Assembly (NCBI RefSeq): GCF_009914755.1
Contig: NC_060933.1
DNA: 64,000 nt
Origin: the human T2T-CHM13v2.0 reference genome, Homo sapiens
Direction: 5' to 3' (one strand)
Below are positions 15,006-31,092 of the stretch, one piece after another. The notes beneath the pieces are model-generated. The model had not been told where the DNA came from. It worked only from the letters and a program-made list of their open reading frames with translations, and did no database searches. How positions within the stretch are numbered: position 1 is the first letter of the stretch; the number at the start of each line of letters is the position of its first letter. Made by a program: the position numbers and the translations under genes.

Positions 15006-16239
15006 CTAACTATCCTAAATCTGTATGCCCCCAATAGAGGAGCACCCAGATTCATAAAGCAAGTTCTTAGAGACCTAGAAAGAGACTTACACTGCCACAC
15101 AATAATAGTGGGAGACTTTAACACCCCACTGTCAATATTAGACAGATCGGGACAGAAAATTAACAATACTCAGGACTTGAATTCAGCTCTGGACCAGGCA
15201 GACCTAATAGACATCAAGAGAACTCTCCACCCCAAATCAACAGAATACACATTCTTCTCAGCACCACGTAGCACTTACTCTAAAATTGACCACATAATTG
15301 GAAGTAAAACACTCCTCAGCAAATGCCAAAGAACGGAAATCATAACAAACAATCTCTCAGACCAAAGTGCAATCAAATTAGAACTCAGGATGAAGAAACT
15401 CACTCAAAACCGCACAACTACATGGAAACTCAACAACCTGCTCCTGAATGACTACTGGGTAAATTACGAAATTAAGGCAGAAATAAAGAAGTTCTTTGAA
15501 ACAAATGGGAACAAAGAGGTAATGTACCAGAATCTCTGGGACACAGCTAAAGCAGTGTTTAGAGGGAAATTTATAGCACTAAATGCCCATAACAGAAAGC
15601 TGGAAAGATCTGAAATTGATGCTCAAACATCACAATTGAAAGAACCAGAGAAGCAAGAGCAACGAAATTCAAAATGAATCCAGGAGCTGGTTTTTTGAAA
15701 CGATTAACAAACTAGACTGCTAGCCACACTAATAAAGAAGAAAAGAGAGAAGAATCAAATAGACACAATAAAAAATGATAAAGGGGATATCATCATTGAT
15801 CCCGCAGAAATACAAACTACCATCAGAGAATACTATAAACAACTCAGTGCAAATAAAACTAGAAAATCTAGAAGAAACAGATAAATTCCTGGACACATAT
15901 ACCCTCCCAAGACTAAACCAGGAAAAAGTCAAATCCCTGAATAGACCAATAACAAGTTCTGAAATTAAGGCAGTAATTAACAGCCTCCCAACCGAAAAAA
16001 GCCCAGGAACAGACGGATTCACAGTTGAATTCTACCAGAGGTACAAAGAGGAGCTGGTACCATTCCTTCTGAAACTATTCCAAACAACAGAAAAAGAGGG
16101 ACTCTTCCCTAACTCATTTTATGAGGCCAGCATCATCGTGATACCAAAACCCGGCAGAGACACAACAAAAAAAAATTTCAGGCCAATATCCCTGATGAAC
16201 ATCGATGCAAAAATCCTCAATAAAATACTGGCAAACTGA

Positions 16240-16407
<168 letters not shown>

Positions 16408-16458
16408 TAAAATTCAACACCCCTTCATACTAAAAACTCTCAATAAACTAGGTATTGA

Positions 16459-17108
<650 letters not shown>

Positions 17109-18167
17109 TAAAAAAACTACTTTAAATTTCATATGGAACCAAAAAAGAGCCCTCATAGCCAAGACAACCCTAAGCAAAAAAAAAAAAAAAAAAAACGAAG
17201 CTGGAGGCATCATGCTACCTGACTTCAAACTATACTACAAGGCTATAGTAACCAAAACAGCATGGTACTGGTACCAAAACAGATATATAGACCAATGGAA
17301 CAGAACAGAGGCCTCAGAAATAATGCCACACACCTACAACCATCTGATCTTTGACAAATCTGACAAAAACAAGCAATGGGGAAAGGATTCCCTATTTAAC
17401 AGTGTTGGGAAAACTGTCTAGCCATATGCGGAAAACTGAATTTGGATCCCTTCCTTACACCTTATACAAAAATTAACTCAAGACAGATTAAAGACTTAAT
17501 TAAATGTAAGACCTAAAACCATAAAAACCTAGAAGAAAACCTAGGCAGTACCATTCAGGACACAGGCATGGGCAAAGACTTCAAGACTAAAAGAGCAAAA
17601 GCAATGGCAACAAAAGCCAAAACTGACAAATGGATCTAATTAAAATAAAGAGCTTCTGCACAGCAAAAGAAACTATCATCAGAGTGAACAGGCAACCTAC
17701 AGAAGGGAAGAAAATTTTTGCAATCTATCCAACTGACAAAGGGCTAATATCCAGAATCTACAAGGAACTTAAAACAAATTTACCAAAAAAAAAAAAAAAA
17801 AAAAATCAAAAAGTGGGCAAAGGATTTGAATGGACGCACTTCTCAAAAGAAGACATATATGCGGCCGACAAACATAAGAAAAAAAGCTCATCATCACTGG
17901 TCATTAGAGAAATGAAAATCAAAACCACAATGAGATACCATCTCATGACAGTTAGAATGGCGATCATTAAAGTCAGGCAACAACAGATGCTAGAGAGGAT
18001 ATGGAGAAATGGAACACTTTTACACAGCTGGTGGGAGTGTTAATTAGTTCAACCATTGTGGAAGACAGTGTGGCGATTCCTCAAGGATCTATAAACTGAA
18101 ATACCATTTGACCCAGCAATCCCATTACTGGGTATATACCCAAAGGATTATAAATCATCCTACTATA

Positions 18168-18491
<324 letters not shown>

Positions 18492-18939
18492 CTACTATAA
18501 AGACACATGCACACGTATGTTTACTGCAGCACTATTCACAATGGCAAAGACTTGGAACCAACCTAAATGCCCATCTGGATAAAGAAAATGTGGCACATAT
18601 ACACCATGGAATACTATGCAGCCATTAAAAAAAAGGATGAGTTCATATCCTTTGCAAGGACATGGATGAAGCTGGAAGCCATCATTCTCAGCAAACTAAC
18701 ACAGGAACAGAAAACCAAACACCGCATGTTCTTACTCATAAGTGGGAGTTGAACAATGAGAACACACGGACACAGGGAGGGGAACATCACACACCTGTCG
18801 GGGGGTGGGAGGGCTAGGAGAGGGAGAGCATTAGGGAAAACGCCTAATGTAGAGGATGGGTTGATGGGTGCAGCAAACCACCATGGCACGTGTATACCTA
18901 TGTAACAAACCTGCAGGTTGTGCACAAGTATCCCAGAAC

Positions 18940-19380
18940 AGGGAAGGGGAGGGGAGTGGGGGGAGGGGGCAGGGAAGGGGAGGGGAGTGGGGGGAGGGGA
19001 GTGGGGGAAGGGGAGGGGAGTGGGGGAGGGGAGTGGGGAGATGGGAGTGGGGGGAAGGGGAGGGGAGTGGGGGGAAGGGGAGGGGAGTGGGGGGAAGGGG
19101 AGGGGAGTGGGGGGAAGGGGAGGGGAGTGGGGGGAAGGGGAGGGGAGTGGGGGGAAGGGGAGGGGAGTGGGGGGAAGGGGAGGGGAGTGGGGGGAAGGGG
19201 AGGGGAGTGGGGGGAAGGGGAGGGGAGTGGGGGGAAGGGGAGGGGAGTGGGGGGAAGGGGAGGGGAGTGGGGGAGGGGAGTGGGGACGGGAGTGGGGGGA
19301 AGGGGAGGGGAGTGGGGGGAGGGGGGCAGGGAAGGGGAAGGGGAGGGGGAGGGGGAGGGGGAGGAGTGAAGGGAAGGGAA
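18940..19380. repeat. G-rich minisatellite (AGGGGAGTGGGGGGAAGGGG)n, 10 perfect copies at 19061-19260 with degenerate flanks
   Basis: Direct 20-bp periodicity. Confidence 0.97.
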
Positions 19381-19904
19381 GCCAGAAAGGACAGGGCAGT
19401 GGAGAGGGTGCTGCAGTCATGAAGGCATCAAACAAGGAAAGCCTATTCTACCTTAAATGCAAGAAGAATAGAAACGAATCTGAAAACAGGAGTCAGCAAT
19501 AGCCTTGACTTAGGGCTAACCTCAGTTAAGATGAAGGAAGCAAGTTTCACAGCACTACAGTGTTTCTGGCTGTAAGATGGAATAGTTACCACAGAAGAAG
19601 AGTTGGGAAGGAAAGTTAAGTCCAGGGATGAAAAATTAGTTCAAGGTCACCCGTGAGGAAGCGAGGTGACTTAAGAACATTCTAACAGCAAGGTAACCCA
19701 GTTCTAAGCTTTTTGTCGTTATTCTTTCTTATTGTAAAATAGTGCACGCACACACAGAGAGAGAAACTGCATAAAACGTACATAGAGCTTGACAAATAAT
19801 TATAAAGCAAAATCGAGGTAACCACCACTCGGGTCCAGAAGAGAAAGTCACGGGTCTGCCAGGAGCACCCAACGTGCCCAATGAACCACTGCCTTTTAGC
19901 CCCA

Positions 19905-19963
19905 GACACACACACACACACACGCTCACACATGCACACACACGCATGCACACACATACACAC
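19905..19963. repeat. Interrupted (CA)n microsatellite
   Basis: Seen directly. Confidence 0.9.
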
Positions 19964-19969
19964 CCCCTG

Positions 19970-21220
19970 GAAAACACAGTGGAGCTCTGCCTGCTCTCCA
20001 GCCTGTCCATGTGATTCTGTGCCTTCATTATCAGGAGAATCTTCCTTGTAGCTGCTCGTGGCTGTGGCTCACACACACCCAGGGCTGCACAGCATCTTGT
20101 GGCATGGACATAGAACACTGCACCACTCTGACTGCAGAGGCACATCTGGGAGCTTCTTTTTAGCTGTTATGAGCAGAGCTGCTCTGAGCATCCTTTCCCT
20201 GTGTCCTGATGCACAAGTACCAAGTTTCCCTGAGGATACACCACAGGAATGGGCTTGCTGAGCCAAAGGGCAGGCAACCCACAGGACTGGGTAACACTGA
20301 AGAGCTTCAGAGGCTGCTCCAAGTAAAACAGTGACTCCAAGTAACACTCTCGCCAGCAGTGGTGAAAGGTGCACTCTCAGACACTGCCCCACACCTGGGC
20401 CCGTTCCAACGTTTTGCCACAAATATATCTGGAGGATATATACCCGCACAGATGCTCCTCAGCTTACAATGGGGTCATGCCCCAATAAACCCATCGTAAA
20501 CTGAAAATATCAGTAAGTAGAAAACACACTGAATACACTTAACCTAGCAAACATCACAGCTTAGCCTAGGCGCCTTCAGTGTGCTCAGAACACTTACACT
20601 AGCCTACAGCCGGGCGAAATCTAACACACAGCCTGTTTTAGAATAAAGTGCTGAGTATCTCGTGTAATTTACTGAATGCTGTACTGACAGTGAAAAACAA
20701 AATGGTTGTAGGGCACAGGAAACACGGTTTCCACTGAACGTGCATCGCTTTTGCACCACGGTGAAGCTGAAAAATCTTAAGCATTGCAAGCTGCAGGCCG
20801 TCTGGGTGTCATCTTTAATTTGCATATCCTTGATGACTGAGGCCAAGCAGCTTTTCACAAATCAGTTAGGCACATGGGGTCCCACTCTCATCAAGAATCT
20901 GTTCTTTTGCCTTTTTTTCCTGTTGGCTCTTCTTTTTTCTTATGGCTATGAATGAGCTCTTTATATATTCTGGATACTAGTTATTTATCTACCACATACA
21001 TTGCAAGTACCTTTTCCCCCTCTATAGTTATTAATAGTTGGGGTTTTTTAAAATTATCTTTATCATCTTTCAAGGAAAAGAAGGTCCAAACTTTAATGTT
21101 GCTGAATTTGCAATCTTTTCCTTTGTGGCTAATATTTTCATATTCTTTGTAAGAAATAATTTCTTAATCCAAGGTTATGAAGATATTCCTCTATATTATC
21201 TCCTTAAAACTTTCTAGATT
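19970..21220 (-). mobile_element. Ancient L1 (L1ME-like) 3' fragment, split by MER47A
   Basis: Antisense L1 3' motifs (ctttatatattctggatactag, ttaatttgcatatccttgatgact). Confidence 0.6.
20449..20804 (+). mobile_element. MER47A (TcMar-Tigger non-autonomous DNA transposon)
   Basis: Termini cagatgctcctc ... gccgtctg; body matches remembered MER47A consensus. Confidence 0.85.
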
Positions 21221-21537
21221 GTCAAGCCTGACAGATTATTTTAATCTGTAGTAAACATTTTTTTTTTTTCAGTTTGTTCATTCTGGAGGTGAGAACAGCC
21301 ATCCTGGAACTTTTAGAGTTGTGCAATTTTTAGAGCTGTGATTCGTAACCGAATAGTTCATCAAAATCACTTAGAAAGCCTTTCCCCAAACTCTCACGCC
21401 CGTCCCTGGGATTCTGACTCCACAGGCTCTTCCAAGAACTCTGCTGTGCGAGAAACATGGAACCACTGGAGAGTGCTTTCTGATACTCTAGGCTCTCAAG
21501 GAAACCATTGCCAACCTGGGGAATATCTGTCACTCAC

Positions 21538-21634
21538 CGTCTTTCAGCTCCTGAACATCCCTGGGCTGAACAAAATCTGGCTTGACATTCTCGAACCACC
21601 AAAAAAGCTCCGCAATAAAAACCATAACATTCGG
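21538..21634 (-). CDS. CAMSAP1: CAMSAP1 coding exon 7 (97 nt, phase 0 to 1)
   Basis: gtcttttag|CCGAATGTT ... AAAGACG|gtgagt. Encodes PNVMVFIAELFWWFENVKPDFVQPRDVQELKD. The next exon lies beyond the window start. Confidence 0.96.
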
Positions 21635-21722
21635 CTAAAAGACAAAAACAAAAAACCAAAGTATGATAAGCAGTTTATTCACACATGGTTTTAAAACTGC
21701 ATGCCAAATAATTCGTTATTAC

Positions 21723-21862
21723 CTTCAACACTAATGGCGCATACAGCATATCTTCCAAGGTGAGATAAAAACATTTATTAAGATATTCATTGGAGAATTC
21801 TCTCAGAAGCCGAATATTATACAGACTGTCGGCCATCGACGTTACCTCCTTTAAGCATATAT
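21723..21862 (-). CDS. CAMSAP1: CAMSAP1 coding exon 6 (140 nt, phase 1 to 0), CH domain
   Basis: gtctattag|ATATATGC ... TTGAAG|gtaata. Encodes (D)ICLKEVTSMADSLYNIRLLREFSNEYLNKCFYLTLEDMLYAPLVLK. Confidence 0.96.
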
Positions 21863-22879
21863 CTAATAGACAAAAAGAAAATCACAATTTATTGTAAAGG
21901 TATTCTGCTTCGAGAGAGAGAGAAGCATTCTAAAATGAAAACCATTTTACATAAAGGTAGTAATGAAGATAATGACATTGAGAGATGTAGGGAGTATAGG
22001 ATGTACAACAAGTAACACTAAGTATAAAAAGAAAACACTCAAGACAACTCCAGGAACCTCTCAAGTCTGAATTTGATGGTGAACATCCAGAAAGCATAAT
22101 AGAAATCGCTCAGATCTCAAGAGTGGGCTTCCAAAACAAACAGCAACAATCACCTTTCACTTTACAGCAGAGCCATGCTGCACGTAGCGAGTAAATGTTG
22201 AGCCGAGTTTCTTCCGCCCATCAGAAACCCTCTGCACAAGGTTTCCGTGTTTGTAAAGGGCAGGGGGAAGGGAAATGAATAAAACGTAAAGCATCAGGCT
22301 CATCCACGCCCACTCAGTGATAACACAGGAATGTGACTAATCACAAAGATCAAGTGACAATGCATAGCCCAAGTCTCTTTCCATGAAGAGGTGGAGACTG
22401 GTGGCTATAGCATCTGCAGGGCAACTTTCCATTGCACGTGACTTTGCAGACCCTCCATGGAGGAAGCACCAGTATGGGCAACAAGTCACAGGACCAAAGA
22501 GCAGGCCTCCCCCTAGTCTAGGCACCCTGGTGTGGAGTGGGGGGTGGCCCTCAGACAAAGAGCCCTGCGGAGAGCACGGTGCAGCTCAGGACTCCGTGAG
22601 AAGTGACTTGACTTTATTTTGCCTGTAAATATATACATAGAGAAAAAATAGAATTTCAGAAATAACTTTTTACATAAATTTTATTTCTAAGGAAAAAACC
22701 ATTTTCAAGGGTTTAGAAGTACGTACAAACTGGAGCCACAGCATCCAGAGTCGTTCATGAACTGCCCTCCACAGTCACCTAAGCAGCATTCATTCTCAAA
22801 AGAAAACTTTAAAGCTGAGGAACTGTGCACACTCACACTGCTAAGGATGTTTCCTTTTGTACAGTTCTGACCATCAAAT

Positions 22880-24170
22880 GTTAACGTCTTATAGGCTTCA
22901 GATCTTTTCTTTTTTAGAAATAAAACAGCCGAAGTCATCTCCATCTCCAAAGGGAACCATTCTCCCAACACTGCCACAAACCCTTTCCACTCCTCCTGAG
23001 TATTCTACACACTGTCTGCATCCACAAGTAACACAAACAGTGTTGTCTCAGCCTTGAGAAACTTACATTCATGGTATCAAGCTATGCCTCATTTTAGCAG
23101 CCAGTTTTTGCCCCAAAACTCAGTATGATGTTTTCAAACAGATCTATGTTGATACGGAGAGATTTCCGTCACTCATCTTGACCGCTATATGGTCCTCCAC
23201 GATTTCTCACAATTATGACAAATGCTGCCATCACAAAGCTTGCGTGTGCTGTCTATGCGTGTACAGACGGGTGTTGCCCAGGCATACTCTGAGAGGGGAC
23301 TCGCTGGGCCACGAGCTAGGCACGCCCTCCTGTGTCACCTGGCAACGCCCTTCTGCCTGGTTGTGCCTCGCTCCAGTCCCACCCACAGCACTCCACAGCT
23401 TGCTCCTTCCCACCTGCACCGCAGCATGACCGACCTGTCCATGTCTGCCAGGCGGAGGGGCGTGAACACCTCCTTCTCAAACAGCATGCCTCTGATGACT
23501 GCTGTGGCTTTACTTTTTCATGGTTACTGGTCATGAAGGGTCCTCTCCTGTGGACCCTGTCCATATCTGCCTTGGGCTGTGCATCTTTTTCTTACCGATT
23601 CTAGAATTCTTTCTGGATTGTGGTTACGAAAGGACTGGATGACAGTCCTTCATCAGGTCACGTGTGCTGCAAATATTTTCAATGGGTACAGTTTATCATT
23701 TCATTTTGTTTATGATGTTCTTTTGTCACAGGAAAGTTTTACATTTTGATATGGTTACATTTAACAATCTTTTCTATTTGTGCTTTTTATAATTTTGGCA
23801 ATCCATCTCTACACGAACATCATAAAAGTATTTGCCTTTATCTTCTCAAAATTCTTAAATTTTACTTTTCAGGTTTGCATCTTTACTCCGAGGAAGGGGT
23901 ATTTCTGGCTCAGGTGGGGTGAGGTTTTACGGCACTTTCCCATAGAGATGTCTATGCCGCCATGTTCTTGACCAGCCAGCGCGGCTCCCTCGGTGAGGCC
24001 ACCCCAAAGGCACCAGATTCCCTGCAAAGCATCTCTTTTCTCAGTTCTACATGTGGTTTATTCATCTGGTCCATGTGACTGCCCCGGAACCAAAACCACA
24101 CTGTTTTTGGTAATGCAAAGTTAAGCAAAATTTGGTATTTGTAGGGCACATACCCTGCACATTCTTATTC
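22880..24170 (-). mobile_element. Ancient L1M (L1ME-like) fragments
   Basis: Degenerate antisense L1 ORF2/3' motifs. Confidence 0.5.
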
Positions 24171-24199
24171 TTCAAAACTACTCAGCTAAAATCTGGGAC

Positions 24200-24830
24200 A
24201 ATTTAAGCAACAAAATAAATAATGAAAGTAATGAATTATGACCTATTGAATAAAGTAAGATCCATGAGGCCATCCGGATATAAACAAACACATGAATAAA
24301 GAAGCAAGCAAGTGGGGCAAACGCTGACAAAATGGAAAGATGCACTGAGGCTGGAAGCCATCCACACGTGGAGAGACCAGCAGGTGAGAGTCTGATGAGA
24401 AACGTATTCACAGTCCAAAGCCTCTCCCCACAAATTACTAATGCATTCTAAAGCAAAAACAGCAAGCTTAGAAGTGGGGAAGGCCAGCACATGCCACCTG
24501 CACCAAGGGGTGAAGCTGGAGTCACCAATACGGAGATGTCCCAGTACCTTGCCCCTGAGGTGACACGCTGGGAGGACACACCGCAAGGAAACTCCAGACA
24601 AACACACCAAGGGCCACTACTCACAACCTTACTCTTCGAAAACATCAAGAGTCAAGAGAGGTAAAGGCTGGAAACGACTCCAGATGAAGGGAAACTATGA
24701 GGGGACGCTGGGCCAAGCAGGTGCTCCTGGGTAGTTGAGCGAGTCAGGACCAGGCTGGGGATCTGTGTGCCAACGTTAGCTTTCCCAACTTTTGCTGTGT
24801 TACTCTCAAATGGTTGAGAGAGACACAGAA
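24200..24830 (+). mobile_element. L1MC4/5-like 3' fragment
   Basis: aataaataatgaaagtaatgaattatgacctattgaataaagtaagatccatgag; ctctccccacaaattactaat. Confidence 0.55.
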
Positions 24831-25874
24831 ATAACACAATCCAAGAGAATTTCTGCATTGCCTTGTTAATATCTGTGAAGACAAAAGTATTTACTGGACT
24901 GGCGACAAGTTTTCAGAACAATCTGGAGAAATCACAAGTTTTAATACTGACTGGGGATCTAAGTACACTTGTTTCAGTCTTCTCCCAAGAGAAATAGAAA
25001 AGCCGATGGATTTTCTTCGCCTCTCTTCTGCTGCACTTACTCCCAAATGCCTCCCAGTTCTCACATGACAAGAGAATGCTCATAGGGAGTGGGCACTGCA
25101 GTGCAGGGCAGGGGCACAGGGCAGCCCTGGCTACGGCTCCCACTACCTTCCTCTTGCCAGGCTCAGAGAACCCGCTCCGTCAGGACACAAAGGCACCGCT
25201 TCTCCTGGGCCTTCAATGGAACTGCACCTGCCACAGGTGGGGTCAACAGCCTATGAGGTCCAATCAAGTCCCTATGAGGCCCAGAGCCACGATCAGAAGG
25301 GGGCAGTGACTGCCCACAAGTGATTCCCTGCCCTTACTGAGATGACTGTAGAGAATCTGTTCAATTTGCGCTAATATTTTACATAGGATTTTCAATCCAT
25401 ACTAACATGGAAAGCCAGCCTAGAATTTCCTCTCATAGCCTACTCAGTGTCAGGGAATAATCCCCTTTTGGGCCACTCCATCTTTTCCTATTATCTGGGA
25501 CACTTGACATAACACAGGAGCTGACAATTCCTTGAGAGTCTGGTGAAATGCCCCAGGAAGAAGTTGGTCCCTGTGGATGTATGTGTTGACTCCTGAGTCC
25601 GTTTCCTTTGTAGTTATGGGTCTATTTAGACTGCCCACCACTTTTGGCTTCAAAGAAGATTGCTCATTTTGTCTAACATTTCAAACACATATGGCACACA
25701 AATATTCTCAGTATTTTTATTTCAGTAGCTGCTATACCTGAATTCTTGATCAGTCTTTCCAGATTATCTATTTTATTAATTCTTTAAAACAATAAGCTTT
25801 TAGTTTTACATATTCTCTAGAACTTTGGAATTTTTTCTACTTTATTCACTTTTTGCTGTTAAATTTGCCAAAAC

Positions 25875-26153
25875 TTTTTTTTTTTTGAGAGCAGGTCTCA
25901 CTCTGTCATCTGGAGTGCAGTGGCACAATCACAGCTCATTGTGGCCTCAGCCTCCTGAGCTCAAGTGATCCTCCTGTCTCAGCTTCCTGAGTATCTGGGA
26001 CTACAGGTGCACATCACCAGGCCAAGCTAACTTTTTAATTTTTGGGGTCTCATTAGGTTGCCCAGGCTGGTCTTGAACTCCTGGGCTCAAATGATCCCCC
26101 CGCCTCAGCCTCCCAAAGTGCTAGAATTACAGGCATGAGCTACCACACCCAGC
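25875..26153 (-). mobile_element. Alu (AluJ-like)
   Basis: TSD aaatttgccaa. Confidence 0.88.
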
Positions 26154-26169
26154 AAATTTGCCAATTTTT

Positions 26170-26826
<657 letters not shown>

Positions 26827-26853
26827 TGCCAAAATTTTAAAATTTGTATTTTA

Positions 26854-27488
<635 letters not shown>

Positions 27489-27533
27489 CCAAACTATTTG
27501 TTTTGAAAAGCTTAAGAGAACTAGGTCTCTGCC

Positions 27534-27896
27534 TATATTAGTCCATCTTCACACTGCTGATAAAGACATACCTGAGACTGGGCAATTTACAAAAGAAAGC
27601 AGTTTATTGGACTTACAGTTCCACATGGCTGGGGAGGCCTCACCATCATGGCGGAAGATGAAAAGCACGTGTCACATGACGGCGGCAAGAGAGAGAATGA
27701 GAGCCAAGCTAAATGGGTTTCCCCTTATTAAACCATCAGATCTCATGAGATTTATTCACTACCACGAGAACAGTATGGGGGAAACTGCCCCTGTGATTCA
27801 ATTATCTCCCACCAGGTCCCTCCCACAGCACATGGGAATTATGGGAGTACAATTCAAGAAGAGATTTAGGTAGGGACACAGAGCCAAACCTTATCA
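27534..27896 (-). mobile_element. THE1 (THE1B/C-like) MaLR solo LTR
   Basis: tatattagtcc ... agccaaaccttatca, flanked by 5-bp TSD ctgcc at 27529 and 27897. Confidence 0.9.
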
Positions 27897-29962
27897 CTGC
27901 CCATTCCACTCCTTCTGCCTGTGGCCTCGGTAAGAGAACACGCAGCCCCATCCCCTACCCTATGACTAAGAGGCTACAGCCCACTGTCACAACAGACAAG
28001 CACAGTGCAGGTGGTCCTCTGTGTGCCTCCCCAGCCTCTCTCCCCAGTGGCCACACAGCAGGATGTGTGATTAAACCCAGACTGAGTCTCTATACACCAT
28101 AACTATGTAACCATCTTCCACAGCTGGGTTACACAGTGTCTCTACTTACACTCCTTGCACAACTCTTCATTTCTCCTGGATTTAATACTTGGCTCAGTTA
28201 TTCACCTGTTATTGCCTCTGAGCCGGACAGGCCAACTGCCTCCTCCTGGTCTGTGCCTTTGTCCCACGCTCCTGGCCCATCCATGGGAAGGCTGGCACTG
28301 TGGATTTCAGCCTGAGCCTCCCTCCACCTCCTCTTCAGGATGGTGTGCGTGCACACACTCCCCAGCACTGGGAAGGCACCTCCCAGTCATCTTCCTTCCA
28401 GGACTGTGGCTGAGGAATCTGGTGTCATTGGGGCTGCCTGCTTGTGTGTAACCTGCTTGGTCTCTCCACAGTTATTTGGGATCTCCTCTTTCCCAGGGGT
28501 TCCGGAGCTCATCATGGTAGGCTTTGCCATGGCCCTTCTTCAGGAATCCTGCTGGCCACCCACTGGGTCCTTCCTACTTACCACGCATGTCCTTGGGACA
28601 TTTTTCTACATTTTGTGTTGACTAAGTTCTTTTCTCCTATTTTCTCTTCTCTTTCTTCGTAGACTGATCCTGATTTTTCCATCTTTTTTCCCTTATTTCC
28701 CATCTCTTTGCTTTTCTGGTTCTACTTTCTGGGAGATTTCTTCAACTGTCCTCTAGCAGTTCAGTGGCTCTCCCATCTTAGCAACCAAATATTTCCTTCC
28801 CAAGAACTGGTTTTTGGCGGCTCTTTAGAATTTGCCAGAGAATTCTAAACAAGCTGTAGCACTCCAACAGCTGTTCTGAGTCTGATGATTCTGTACACAG
28901 TTATGTGCCACTATCTTGCAGACATTGTTTCCCAGAGTCCTGTTGTTGGTTCTGAGGTCCAAACCCTCTCATCTCTAACATTTTCTCCTGCTCACCTGCA
29001 CCATCTCTGTTGATTTGGGTTCTCATTCAGGTCAGTGGCTTTCCTCAAATGTCAGGAATCTTTGGCTGCTGCTCCTAGTAAAGAGTGAGTCACTGTGAGT
29101 CTTTTTCCTGAGGCCGATTTCTGCAGAGAAGAATCCTTCCCTGTGTTGCATGTGGGGCAGGTCTGCATTATGGAGTCAAGTGAGAGAGACGGTGGCTTCT
29201 GGGGCAGGGTGCACCAGGAGGAGAACCAGTCTCACCTTCGGGTATGAAGAATTTTACACAAAAGCCCTGATTTCAGTGTCACCTCATCCCTACCTGCACC
29301 TGGGGTCTGAGGCTAGAGCCTATCTGGCTCAGTTCTCCTCAAGAGTGTCCCGCATCTACTGAGGGCATGTGAGGAGAAAGGCATCAGAAGCAAAGTGAAC
29401 CTGAGCTCTCATTGCTGGAGACCAACTTTCAAGGAATCCACCCTCAGGCACTGCTGTCCACCAGCATCCTTGGTGCTCCGTTCTGCTGTCCAGGGTCCTA
29501 TAGGATGAGCCTCTTTGCGTCCCCAGCTTGACACCCACCCCTCCTCCACTTTGCCTTTTTTTTTTTTTTAATTACTTCTCCATTAGAGGACTTGTTCAGA
29601 GTCCAGATATATCTTAGTTTCATCCAAAATGGAATCTGTAATTCAGTTCCTTATTCTCCTTGTTTGGGAGTGACTTCTGACTAACAGAAATGGATAGAAA
29701 ACTGCCCTTCATTTCTCCTTCCTTCAACTTTTTTTGGGTTTACTTCTACGTTCTTTTTCTAGTAACAAATACCTACTCAACACCAACTGGCCCCAGACAC
29801 TATTTCAGATGACTGGGATACATCAGTGAGCAAAACAGGTAAAACCCTGCCCCTGTTGAGCTCACACTAGCAAGTCCCACTACTCTTTCCCCTATGATCC
29901 ATGAAATATTTAAATGCCTTCTCTGGCTTCCAGGCACTCAATCTTTAAGATTTTAGAATAAC

Positions 29963-30485
29963 TGTGCATTTGTCAGGGTTCTCCAGACAGACAGAACCAG
30001 TAGGACATACGAGAAGGGATTTAATCAGAGAAATCTGCTCACATGATCACAAAGACAGAGAAATCCCACAACAGGCCATCTGCAAGCTAGTGAATCAGAG
30101 GTGGCAGCATGCCTGGGTCCAAGTCTGGAAGCCTCAGAGCCAGCAAAGCTGATGGTGCAGCCCCCAGGCCAAGGCCAAAGGCCTAAAATCCCCCAGGAAG
30201 CCATGGTGCAAGTCCCAGAGTCTAAAACCCAAAAAACCTGGAGTCTGATGTCCAAGGACAGGAAGAGAGAAGGTGCCCCACTCAGTAAGGGAGAGAGAGC
30301 AGAGAGCAGAGAGGGAGAGTCCCCCTCTTCTGCCCACATTGAAGGCAGGTCTTCCCTTCTCAAGCCACTGACTCACACCCATCTCCCCTGGAAACACCCT
30401 CAGAGACACACCCAGAAACAATGCTTCACCAGTCACCTAGGCTTCTCTCAATCCAGTCAAATTCACACCTGAAATGAACCATCAT
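29963..30485 (-). mobile_element. MLT2B-like ERVL LTR
   Basis: gtcagggttctccagacagacagaacc ... caatccagtcaaattcacacctgaaatgaaccatca. Confidence 0.8.
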
Positions 30486-30797
30486 TAATTCACAGGCAGG
30501 AAAAGAAGCTGCATCTTCTAGTTGGTGAGTTCTCACTTTACTGCACTGTGGAGAATGTACTGATTCTTTGGGATCTGCTGCAGTCTCACCTGTGGCCTTA
30601 ATCGACTGCACGTTTTATAAAGGCTCCCATGTTTGTCTTTACTGTCTGTAAGTGAGCAGATTCCACAGTGGCTGGTGCACTGGATGAAGCCTGAAGTCCT
30701 CTATGGCCTTACTAAATGATCTGCTTTATCAATCAGTTTCTGTTACATAAGTCAGCAATGTGGCTCTGTCCATTTCTCCTTGTAACTCTGCCATTTT

Positions 30798-31092
<295 letters not shown>

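Noticed and set aside
18614-19502. Pro-rich and Gly-rich ORFs (159-273 aa)
   Set aside because: Translations of the G-rich minisatellite.
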